Source: Hydrolagus affinis
Lineage: Eukaryota
NCBI GenBank assembly: GCA_012026655.1
Contig: JAAILG010001137.1
Location: 1 to 64,000 of the forward strand
Direction of reading: 5' to 3'
Length of the DNA stretch: 64,000 bases
Within the stretch, counting starts at the first letter, position 1; every line of letters starts with the position of its first letter. The notes beneath the pieces are model-generated. The model did not search any database, was not told where the DNA came from, and was given only the letters and a program-made list of their open reading frames with translations. Shown here piece after piece: positions 27,001-39,081 of the stretch. A program made the translations under genes and the position numbers.

Positions 27001-27899
27001 TTGACGTGATTATTCCCGTGCAAACAATGCTTTTGTTGCTAACAGAGGATTAGAAATAGTCAAAATGTTTCCCGGAGCGAAACATCTTTCACGCCGCCGG
27101 CCACAGCTCACAGTTCACGCGTTTTAAAGGCAGAAAGTCTTCATGAGATAACGTCTGGCAATTTTCACCTTATCCAGCCTCAGTGTCTACATGTTTTTTT
27201 TGTTGAAATAGGACTTCTTCCCCAGAACCTCAGTCTGTAACAGTAGGTTAAGGAAGTGGGATTTTGTTTGCTGATTCTTGTATTGGATGCAGCACTGCTC
27301 TGCTAGCTAAATAGACTAGACTTTTACCCCTGTTGGCTGGCTATTTGGGGCTGACTATGTGTGAGTGCTCGAGAAACAAACACATTGCATCCAGGATAAT
27401 GATGAGCTGCGCAACCCCGTTCAACTTCTTGCAGAATATTTTATCAGTGGGGCTACGGTATTCGGGCAGATTAATAACAAAAGCACAGGAAGTTGTTGGC
27501 TTTATATAGGAAGCAAGTTATGATATGTTCAGTTTTCTATTTCTGATCTTCTGGATACAATGTGATTATCCAAACTTTGTTTTAAAAAAAAGTCACAGAG
27601 GTCTCTGATAGATACATGAAATACATTTGTTTTACATTAAATACACACTGAGATAATAGTTAGATAGAATTCTAAAATCTTTCCAGTCAATATCTAACTG
27701 GTTAGGTTATATATTAAATGTTAACATTAAACTGGTAAATTGCAAATAATTTGATTGTAGCGTACAGGTGAATTACAGTGGCTCAGATTTCAGATGAAGC
27801 TCAATCCTTGAGGTACAATGTCCAAAGAGTTTTCAAATCCAGGCACAGTATAATGTGTGCGACTTGACAGCACTGATTTCCAGAGCTGAAGGTTATTGC

Positions 27900-28685
27900 G
27901 CGTTTCGTCCGCAAAACACACAGTCAATTCACTTTACAGTATGCGCTCTGAAACGTCTAGAAGATGTGACAAGCCGCTATATCAATTGCAAAGCTTATTA
28001 TTATTGAATGGAAAGTTACTGTGGCAAATTAGACACTGCCTTTTCTACGCTTTAAAGTCACTCTTAAAGTTACTTCAAAGTAACTCTTTGTATAAGATGT
28101 TTTGTTGAATTTTAACACAATTAAATGTAATAATAATCCTTGCACTTGATTTAGTGCTTTTCATGTCTTCTGAACTGTGTCTCAAAGCGCTTCACAGAAC
28201 ATACTGTAAAGTGTAGTGACTGTATATTTGTGGGCAAAACATGGCAGGCATTTGCGAACCTCAGCAGTGTCCCACAAACAGTCATGAATTGAGTGACCAA
28301 ATTATTATTGTCTTTTTGGAGGGATTATTATTACTGTATTAGGTGTGTGGACTAAGGAAACTTGCCCAAGGTTCCGACCTGCCGGGAATTGAACCTAAGT
28401 CTCTCGCTTGTAAGGCGAGTGCTCTAACCACTGAGCTACAGCACTCCACATGATTAAAATGTATTACCGATTGGAAGTATTATTACGAATTTAGTTTTGC
28501 TTGTTTTAACATCCATTTGGGATTCAGATAACAGATTCCCAATGCATTAGCACCACACTGCCGCGATTCGCCCACAAATATACAGTCAATTTACTTTACA
28601 GTATATTCTGTGAAGCGCTTTGGGACGTTGATAAGATGTGAAAAGCGCTACATCAAATGCAAGGATTATTATATTATTATTATAT
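27900..28685. mobile_element. SINE cluster: partial 27900-28005 (+), full 28128-28447 (-, GATTCCCGG subfamily), partial 28558-28685 (+)
   Basis: Matches to SINE consensus pieces. Confidence 0.88.
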
Positions 28686-31600
28686 ATTACAGTGTGTTGT
28701 GCATGTATGTTGCCACCACTTGCTACGTATAGCACATTATAGAGCAATCTGCAGCAATGTAATTAGTCGGACGTGCTTATTCCATATATAATGGCCTCAT
28801 TCTGCAGTCGTGCAAAAATCTGCAGCATTTTTCATAAAAAGGTAGGAATTACAGGACATCAGTTCTGTGTGTCTACATTTGCACCTGGAATGAGTCCAGT
28901 GTTTTTTTTTAGTCCTGGTACAAGTCCCAGCACTGAGACACTTACAATACACCAGACATTTGGCTTTTTGAATTCAGCCAAGTAGCACATAGGAAGGGCA
29001 AAAGTGTAGGGTTCTCAGACCATCACAATGGCAACCTTTTATGCAGAGCACATCAAAGGCTCGTTCCATTGTCAGAGCAGCCACTGTGTTGATGCTGGTC
29101 TGAAGCTCGCAGCCAGAGGGGGAAGTTTCCATCCAGGAACTGCCAGATTCACATCGAGCGGAATCCACAACAAATCCACTAAAAAGCATTCGCAAAAAAG
29201 TATTCACTTAATTAAGTGTGTCTTGGTCAAGCCAATTGATTTCTAAATCTACGAGTCGAAACGCTGACTTGTAGATCTTCAGTCTAACGCTAACTTTGAA
29301 ACGAGAAACATTTGCTGGACGCATATCCAACACAAACAGCCCGAATCAAAGACACAGCCAGTGTATGCATGCGTTGGGTGGTAATAATCACTTAGCAGGA
29401 GACTTGGGAACAGAATCAGGCCAGAGGACAACTGCTACAAAATCCAGCTGTCTTGGCTGTGATGTCCTCCGCGGTTGAATATCCTGCCAATATTCACTGA
29501 CTCGGCTCACATACAAAGAACGAGACTTGGGTGAACTACCTGTGGGGAACACTCTTGTGGATTCCTGGCGAGAGTCAGAACCTTCGGGAGGATGGGGGCG
29601 GGAGGGGGGGGGGTTAGTCCAGTGGGAGTAGGATAAGAAAAACAAAACAACACAGATACTCACTAAGCCTTTAATACATTGCTTTGGCTGTCTTACTCGA
29701 GGGGGGAAAAAAAACATTGTACTGAAACTTGCTCTGCGTCATTAGATGCAAAATAGCTTCTCTGCAAAGAAACACTTGACTTTCTTTTCATATTTCAAAG
29801 GAGGTACAATGTAACTGCTCTGATGCCTTTCAGTTTACCCAAGGGTGGAAGCCAGAATTTTTTTGGAACATTACCCTTTACCACACTAATAATATACGCT
29901 ACAGGAATATAGTCTGCAATGGTTGCTTCATGTCACTGTTTACTGCAGATAATGCCACACGACACATTACAAGACAAATTATAGTTCTTTATTCTGTGGT
30001 TTTAGCAGAGAATATGTTTGAGGCAGTAGTGGAATTGACTAGGCAATTCACAAGGTGCAATTTTCCATGACAGTTTGAGTCAGTTCATCCTTGTATATAG
30101 CAAGATTCACATTAAGAGGACATCTCAAAAGGCTTCGCAGGATACACTGTGAAGTGTAGTTGACTGTATAATTTGGAAGCAAATGGTCAGTGTTAAGGAC
30201 AAAAGATGTGTTCATTTCCATCAGACTGCCGAAGTCTACTCATGTTTTACTGGAGTAAACCTAGTTAAACATTCTTAAAATGAATTAAAGAAATATTTAG
30301 GGTTATCGAGGTAACTTTGGCTTGATCCATAGGGATCAGTCACTCACTTACTCCCCAGGTAAAGCGAGTAGAGACAGGGAAAGAATACTGTGAATACGCA
30401 GAGACCTTGATTTTTTTAATATAAAAAAATAAACGAACACGAGAACCCATTTGCAAAATCAACTTAATTGGAGCGAAATTCAGGCATTAACAAACAAGTT
30501 TGAAACGAGGGAGGTCTGTGTTGAAATCTTGTCAGATCCGCAATTAGGCAATGTCCATAGAAAACATTTGTTAACAATTTTGCTTAATGATTCCGAAAAA
30601 GCCTTTCTATATATTAAAATAAAAGTTCCCAGGCCACACGTGCAGTATAAAGCTACCTAAACCACTGTCACACAATCCCTAAAGTCATTCATTAAGGCAC
30701 GCGGTTTTGTTGTAAGTTCCAAAAGCAAGAGCAATGGATAAAGGGGAGAGAAGCATTTAAATTGCTATGTGTGCTGTTCTGATCTGCTGCTGGAATTGGA
30801 GGCATTATGGTATAGAATAAGGTGCTGTAGCCATTGTTTTCCTCAATATGAAACCCTCCGTTAGTTCAAAGCAAAAGGGGAGCTGTAATTACTGTGTTAT
30901 TTTAAATTGGACAATGTCCATTGCTCAAAAGTTCTGAGCAGGTCTGGTCCATTCTTTCATCAAAAAGATTCTTCAGCCAGTGAAGCAGTAACGCAGAGAA
31001 TAAAACAGCGTGAAAAAAAAATCGCATAAAGGCTCTTCGGTCGTGTGAGTCGGTCATTTTTTAATATTTTTTTGAATAGGAGGGGGAAACCGATTAGATA
31101 AAAGTAGCTGACTGACTGAAACTGGTCAGACTCTCACATAACATAGCATCAGAGTCTGGAGGTGGTCAAAAGTTGTTCTATGATGTCACTCAGTGCAGAC
31201 TTTCTCATGGGAAAAGTAACACTCTGGCTGTATAAAAGAAAGAAAAGCAATAGTAGTTACAAGCACAACCCATTTTCTGTTTGATGTAACCCATGTTATC
31301 TGTTCCTCGAGCTTTTTGTCCCCATTCAAAGCATAAATGTGATTATTGAAGTGGGCTGTTTCGTCTTCTCAGGATACAAAAGTTCCTCACTAATTGCTGC
31401 CACATCAAATGACTGGGAACACCCCCCAATGGAAGCCTTCAACCTGATGTGAAAAAAATTCAAGCTTCACTAAAAGCCGGGTACTCTTTTTTTTGTGTGT
31501 GTGTGATTCCCATCAAAGATTAGGTTACTGGGTTGGGGGGCTTATCACACAGGAAGCCCTCTCTGTAGATTAGTTCTGCTCCACTGCCAGTTTGCTATGC

Positions 31601-32837
31601 CAGTTTTGGCTACAGCCAATCTACTGCTAGCACCTTTATTGTTTTCCTGCAGTAAGCAAGAACAGTGAACTGTACAGGGAACAAAGACAGAGGCAGAAGG
31701 CCCACTGTGTAGCTGAAGTGTAACTTTGCTCCTGTTGGTCATGCACCAATGGTATGAGTGCCTGGGTCTAGGCCTCAACCGCACACAGAGCAGAAAAAGC
31801 TGTCAATTTCGGCTTGTTCAAAGCAACTCCTATTGTGCAAACAGGGGCAGAAGTGGCATGGTCCATATACTCCTCAAGGAATGCCATGAGTCAAAAGCCA
31901 TTGACTTTGCTTTAAATGTAATTCATTTAATTCCCTGTCACATTGGCTCACTGATATCCATTGCTGTCTTCTTCTTTCGGGCTAGCTGCACAGTGAGCAG
32001 TATCCCATTCAGGTCGTGACCTGTCAGTATTTGGTCATTGCAAATATAAGCAACACTACCCTTATCAGTGTCAACAGGTCTCTTTAACACTTCAAAAGCT
32101 GAAAGATAAATATATCTGGCAGATTGCATGCAGTCCATTTCCAAGCTTTCTATTGCACTATGCATCGCGCTTTGTCAAGCCATGATAAAGAAGGCTATTA
32201 CGGTTGAGAGAGCTTTAGATGCAGTGCTAAAGCAACATCAGTTTTCCCCCCGAAACATAAGTAACATTGTAATAACCACATTTTGGAGTTTTTTTTTGGA
32301 ATGAACTCAAAATGTCCCTCGATGTTAATGTTGGCTTGATGGCAATGTGTATAAGCTAACCACAGCCTTTTATAACCAGTAATCAAATAACCTTATTCTG
32401 AGGTTTTTTTTTGTTCTGTGGAAATCATGAATTAAAAATGCCTTGAACAAACATCGGACACATGATTTTGCAAATAACATCGCTTTCATTTGGAGTTCCG
32501 TCTACTTCAAAGAACTTTTATTCTCAGATCACACAGCAGGTGCTTGTTTTATAATGTCTTCAACGACACGCTCGCTTTACATGTTTGTCACATGAGATAG
32601 GGGGCAGATGAGATACACTTCACAGATCATAAAGCTAAACAGGTTTTTGTTGTGATTATTATTCATATTATTACTATTATTAATGGAGCAGTCTGCTGGC
32701 CCAGGGGTGTCAAAGCCACCTTCCTACCAGCTGACCATAGATTCAAGAGTCAGAGCTGCTTTGATGGGGTTGAGACTGTGTCTGTTTTTAACCAAGCCAT
32801 TGGACGGAATTGCTTTCAACTGAGAAGATCTTTCATC

Positions 32838-33418
32838 TAAATAGAGTTGAAAAGACTTAAGGTTGCCTTAAGTTGGATGATTGCAGAACAGAGTGACTTT
32901 TTTTCCCCCAGAGATCTGTGGCTCAACGACACAACATGCAAAGAATCATATCAAAAGCAAGAATTATTATTCTAGTTGTTTCTGATACTGTGTGTGTGGG
33001 TGTGGGTGTGTGAGTGTGAGTGTGTGTGTGTGGGTGAGTTGCCATTCCAGTGGTTTTGGAAGCTGTCTGCATCCAATCCAATTGTGGAGCTCCTGTAGCT
33101 CAGTGGTTAGAGCACTCGCCTGACAAGCGTGAGATCTGTGTTCGAATTCAGGCAGGTTAGTGCGAAACCTTGGGCAAATTTCCTTACTCCACATGCCTAA
33201 TAATAATCCCTCCAAAAATAACACAATACTAAAATTGGTCATTTTAATCCAAGACTGCTTGTGGGACACTGCTGTGCGCAATTGGCTGCCGCATTTCGCC
33301 CACAAATATAGGTCAATTCACTTTACAGTATATTCTGTGAAGTGCTTTGAGACATTGATAAGATATGAAAAGCGCTATATCAAATGCAAGGATTATTATT
33401 ATTATTATTATTATAATT
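32838..33418 (+). repeat. Local segmental duplication, copy 2, including a full SINE at 33087-33418 and an expanded GT microsatellite
   Basis: Aligns colinearly to 13350-13900. Confidence 0.92.
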
Positions 33419-34789
33419 CCTGAAGGTTACGGTTGTAATTTTGTGGGTGAAATGCGGCGGCCAATTGTGCAAAGCAAACTATTCTAAACTCCGCACAGAA
33501 CCCACTGGGACCAGAAGCCTCTCTTCCAAAAAGACCACGTGGAAAAGAGGCCCTGTCTCTGATTAGATCACCATGGAATGGATTAGCTCTGCTGGATTAT
33601 TAGATAATTCACAAAATACATAACTTTGATTGACATTTGCTACTATCGTTCCAGCTCCACCTAGCGGTTTCTCACCCAGGGTCTATCTGACTTCAACTGG
33701 TCTCAAAACTCAAAGCATCTTTATCACGACTAGGGAGAAGTTCCACTCGAGTCTCGATTTCGACTGTGAAAATGGTGGTGTGAATGAAATAATTGGCATA
33801 TTCTTATAAATACAGTCTTGATTTTTGAAACCATTTTGTTATACAGCAACAGTAACCTTACGAACTGCAGAATGCCGACTTCAAAGTTCATGCCCAAAAA
33901 TTCTGGACTCTCCGAAGTGTGAAAATAAATAGAATAAAGACCCAGGTAGAATTTTTTTCCTCGACAGGTTATAAAGGAACTTTGAATCACAAGGTCACGC
34001 TTGCAATGATTAGAGAAAACAGTGTCACACACACGTCAAAATGAGAGGTTACAATTCCTCTTGTACAAAAGACAAATGTACTTCCCAGGTCCTGTCAAGG
34101 TGTAGGGACTCCACCCTGACTTCTTGCCTGATCTGACATGTTTTTTTATTCATTGACTATGGACTCGCTCACATCTTTATATTAGGTTAGGCAATAGAAC
34201 TACCTGGAATAACCAGGTCTGAAAGCATTATGTGGACCTTATGTCACAGTCACAGTGTGGGAGGGAGCTGAAACTTCAAAAAAAAACTGCCTTGAGTAGA
34301 GAAGCCATAACTCCTTAGGAGTCTAAGGAATAATTATCTACCTTGATTTTACCTTATGAACCTCTGGCTCACTGGCATTTTCAGAGCTAGAAACCTCAAT
34401 TTAATTTTTAAAAACCTTTCTCCGACTGGTGAAAAACACAATTTTCAAGGTTGATTTTTTCAGCCAATCGAAAGGTGGATTAGCGATGTTTGACCTGACC
34501 ACATCATTAGAGCGAAAGGTCACATTTGAACATTTTTTTTCTCTCTCCAACTGAGCCCACTGCAGGCAACAAAAGAAAATAACTCATTAGTGTCCCTGCT
34601 AGGAAGTGTCACAGAAGAGAACAATCTTGTCAGTGATGCTTAGGGGTTTATAGTGTTTATTTATTCTTCCATTTCAGGATCACAAGGTTCGATTTTCATA
34701 AAGAGAATTTGTGCATTCAGCCTCTTTGAATTGGTGTTGAGATTGTAGCCATTTCGAGCTGCAAAAACTGACGGTTTCCCCGACTTTAA

Positions 34790-35152
34790 CTCCTCTCAAC
34801 TAGACTGACTCTCCAATGCAATGTTGGGGTTACTGCCTCCAATGCAGTGTGGGGTGAGTTCCTTTGGTTGAGACGTTAAGCCGAGATCCTGTCTACCTGT
34901 TCAGGTGGACCTTAAAGATCCCACGGTACTACTCGGAAAGAGAAAGGACTTTCTCCCAGTGTCTTGACCAACAATCCCCCCAGATAAAATTAGTTGTTCA
35001 CCTCATGTTTGTGGAATGTGGCTCTATACAAATTGGCTGCTGACATAACCTATAAATACACAGATACTAAGCTTCGTAGTAGAATTCCGTGAAGTGCTTT
35101 GAGACATCTCAATAATAATGCGATAAGCCGCTATATTGAAGACTATTATTAC
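34790..35152 (+). mobile_element. Old Deu-domain SINE
   Basis: GAGACGTTAAGCCGAGATCCTGTCTACCTGTTCAGGTGGACCTTAAAGATCCCACGGTACTACTCGGAAAGAG...CCCAGTGTCTTGACCAAC is the Deu core, followed by CAAATTGGCTGC and an L2-like tail. Confidence 0.8.
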
Positions 35153-35999
35153 TGTGAAAGGCGCTTTATCATTATTTTTAATAGGAAGGGTATTTGGTGA
35201 TCTGGGAGTGTGCACATGGAGAGAGAATTGGAAAAGATGTAGAATGTACCATTTTCAAAATCCCAGTCCATCTTAATGTTCGTGCCTGATCCAGAGTTTC
35301 AGTCCCTGAACTCTGTGGTTAAACAAAGCAAATGATGTCCAGGTGCTTTATTTGTACTTTGCACTTCACAAGTGAATAAAGCATAAAAATATCATTGTTC
35401 TTTCAGATGTTCGGTGATCTGTAGGCTTGCTGTTTTGCGAGTCTTAAGCAGACATCCTCTTCCCCATAATTATGAAGCGTAGGCTAATGACAAATCAAGA
35501 TAAGAAGGCCTCAGAAGAACATATCAAAGCCTTTTGTCCAGCTGAAGACAGTTACATTTAGAGGGAATAATCACATCCTGCAGTGCCCTGAGTGGAACAA
35601 TATTTAAGCGGGGAACAGCATCAACAAGCCTCCTTTTTGAAAATCAAACAATTAAACAAAGGATTATCATTAATTTGAACATCCTTTTTGGAGCAGCTTC
35701 ATTCTGTTCGTGATGGACTCGTTTTGTTTAAGTAATGAGCGCTGATGACGTCGGGAAAGCAGCTTTAAGGAGTTAATCGGCATAACTTACTGATGATAAC
35801 AGGGTCACTGAAGTGTTCATTTTAATGGGAGGGCGAGTTCCAAAATAAAATAATGCCCCAGTCAATTAATGAGGAAAGTGAGGTGTTACTGCTGTTAATT
35901 TCTTAAATTGTTCCATTGAGGCCTGCCCGACAATATGGCTGCCTACAACAGCAACAACATGCATTGACGTGGCAGCCTTCGCGTTGGGTAATGGAACAA

Positions 36000-36200
36000 A
36001 GGCGGGGAGGGAGAGGGACAAAACAGGCAAGGGGAGGTGGCTGTGAGCATTTTCATAGAGATAGGTTTTGAAGCTGGGCTTCAAACAACAACAACAACAA
36101 CAACAATAAAATGACACTTGTACAGCGCCTTTCACATCAGGAGGACGTCCCAAGGCGCTGGACAGTCATTGTTTCAGACAGAAAGCAAGAAAGGGGGATG
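36000..36200 (-). mobile_element. L2 3' fragments (ORF end KPSFKTYLYENA; tail with (TTG)n at 36084-36170)
   Basis: Similarity to other L2 copies. Confidence 0.75.
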
Positions 36201-36715
36201 AGATGGAGACGTGAGAACTGGAAAGATGGAGTGCGGAGGTTGGAGGGTGGTGGGAGAGGGCAGGTGTATTGGAGTTGAAAGCTTGGCTACTCATGGTTTG
36301 AGTTTGTGAGCTGAGGGGGTGGCTGGAGGAGTAGGGTCAGAGAAGATCGAAGCGATAAGGCGGGGTGCCTTGGAGTGAGTGACCAACCCTGTTTGGCCAG
36401 GGCAATATTCAATGTGACTGGTTGTATACAGTTCAAAACCAGTTGTCAAACGTGACAGAAACTCCACTTTGACTTTGTAGAGAGAAGAAAGAGGAAAGAC
36501 AAGAGACATTTAGAGATCTGAAAAGATCTATCAGCGTTCCAAAAGCCAACTGAAATGTACTCTTTGAACGTACTCGCCCTGAAGCCAAATACAGTCGTGA
36601 CCATGTTTTTAATTCAGCTGTTACTCACTTTGTACATCCCGGTTACAGTGTTTAAAGGCTTGCTCTGTTTATTCTGATCGTCACTTTGAAGGTGTTTAGT
36701 AATCTTACCACACAT

Positions 36716-37108
36716 TAATAATAATAAGTCTTGCATTTGATAGAGTGCTTTTCGTATCTTCTAGACATCTCAAAGCACTTCACAGAATATACTATAACAT
36801 GAATTTACTGTATCTATATTTGTGGGTGAAACACGGCAGCCAATTGCGCACAGCAGTGTCCCCACAAACAGTTGTGGATTGAAGTGACCAATTTTCTTTT
36901 TTTTTGGAGGGATTATTATTAGGTGTATGGAGTAAGAAAACTTGCCCAAGGTTTCGCCTTGACCAGCGCTTTGGGATGTCCTCCCGACGTGAAAGGCGCT
37001 ATATAAGTGCAATTTTGTTGTTATTGTTGTTGTTGTTGACCTGCCTGGATTCGAACACGGGTCTCATGTTTGTAAGGCGAGTGCTCTAACCACTGAGCTA
37101 CAGAACTC
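36716..37108 (-). mobile_element. Full-length SINE interrupted by an L2 tail insertion (36965-37035, +)
   Basis: The SINE sequence resumes exactly after the insert; TTGACC is duplicated on both sides. Confidence 0.9.
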
Positions 37109-37616
37109 CATAATTGTATGCGAGGTGAGAAACGCCAAGTGAATAAGCAGCTTCAAAAGTGCAAGTGATCGTCGCATCGCTTTGGTAACTAGTCATGGCC
37201 GGTGGAAATGTCAGTTGACCTGCTTTGTGCCTCCACCATTTTGTGGGTTGATTTCAGATTTCCAACATGCACAGTTACTGTATTCGTTTGGGCTCAAACT
37301 GCCCCCTCTGTGAGCGTAGGGTGGGAGTTGTTGGGGGTGGGGGTAGGGGGTATGGGTGGGGGTTGGGGAGAAAGAGAGATGTCCTCTGGAGGCATCCATC
37401 ATAACTCACACTCTACCCTCACTTGCTCGTGCTTTGTGTTAACCCTACTTGTGTGGGAGGAGGGTGGCAGCATCCCTAGGCCTCCTAGTGAGTGAGTGAT
37501 GAGTATGCTCAAGCTTAGCTAGGGCCTGAATCATTGTTCCTACTCGGCATATCCCGATAACATGAGCTGTCACTATCCTGTGATAGTTGTGATAGCTGTC
37601 ACTATCCTGTGATATC

Positions 37617-37686
37617 AGCGCCTTGGGACGTCCTCCCGACGTGAAAGGCGCTCTATAAATGTAATTTGTTGTTGTTGTTGTTGTTG
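37617..37686 (+). mobile_element. L2 tail-only insertion
   Basis: AGCGCCTTGGGACGTCCTCCCGACGTGAAAGGCGCTCTATAAATGTAA(TTG)n. Confidence 0.88.
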
Positions 37687-37769
37687 ATAGTTCTCCGCCA
37701 CTGTAAAGCACTCTGGGACTCTACCCTGTACGAGAGACTCTATATAAATCCAAGCTGTTGATTATTATT

Positions 37770-38061
37770 GTAAGCGTGAGACCTGTGTTTCGAATCCAGG
37801 CAGGTCAGGGCGAAACCTGAGGCAAGTTTCCTTACTCCAAACACCGAATAATAATCTCTAAAAAAAAAACACTATAATGAATTGGTCATTTCAATCCATG
37901 ACTGTTTGTGGGGACGCCGCTGTGCGCAATTGGCTGCCGCATTTCGCCCACAAATATACAGTCAATTCACTTTATATTATATTCTGTGAAGCACTTTGAG
38001 ATGTCTAGAAGACATGAAAAGCGCTATATCAAATGCAAGGATTATTATTATTATTATTATT
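37770..38061 (+). mobile_element. SINE lacking the A-box portion
   Basis: Starts at AAGCGTGAGACCTGTG; body and (TTA)n tail. Confidence 0.9.
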
Positions 38062-39064
38062 CTATCTGAATGTTTCTTCCCATGTTCCAGAGTTAGCTAA
38101 CAATAGATCACTAGAAATCTTAAGGTCGTCACAATTGATTGCATCTCTTTCTAGTAGAAATGGCTTTAAATGCTATTATGTACCATCATCAACTTCTAAA
38201 CATTATTACAAATTCTCTGCAAACAATTTTTCTTTTTTAAAAAAAAAGTCACTCACTCCACTCTATTTTCTTTCTCAGCCCGTTCTTGTTTTCAAAACAG
38301 GTAAACACTATAAGAGGTGTGATACCAGTCTGGGAATGTAATGCCATCACAATGATCTGTATTGATGGATTATTGTGTCCGAGTGGCGATGATGGGGCTT
38401 GTGTTACCTGCACAGGTAAAGAGGAGGTAGGTAGGCAGGTAATTGAGCCCGCTCTGATTTGACACAATAGTGTCGTACAAACAAGAACAAAGTAAGCAAG
38501 GTGTGTTAGTTCAGTCTCAGATAATTGCTCAATGGCTGTGTCCTGATGGCCCGATGTGCTGATGGATATGAGGAACTATGAGCAGATTGTAAATAAATAA
38601 AAAAAGCCTTTGATCAGCTCAGTGCTTTGACAATATTGTTGCAGGCAGGCCTCTCAACAAACATGTGTACTACTGATCAGCAGCAATGTGTGGACTTGAC
38701 GAAAACCCATGGGAAAATACAAGTGTCCTGACATTGTTCAGATTGAACTCACGCTGCTTCACCCCTTTTACATGATAGACAGACAGATCAGATGAATATC
38801 GTGCATTTCTTATTGGGTACCAAATAGAGCTCAGAGAGAGAGAACTGTAACTGCACAACGCTTTCCCCAGAAGATGGAGTAACGGGATGTGATGGGATTC
38901 GAGACTAGTAGTTGTGAGGCAGTTAATGCCTGAATGAATCGGCTGCCTGGGCCAACTGATCTCACCCAGTACCAGGATTTCTCAGGTTCTGTCCTCTTTG
39001 CAGCGTGCGATATATGATGAAAAAGCTCCGTGCAATGTATAAAAACAAGATAGAGTGAAATACC

Positions 39065-39081
39065 CTGCCATCTAGTGGTTG
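39065..39081 (-). promoter_or_regulatory. CTCF-like motif CAACCACTAGATGGCAG
   Basis: Full match to the CCASYAGRKGGCR core. Confidence 0.55.
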
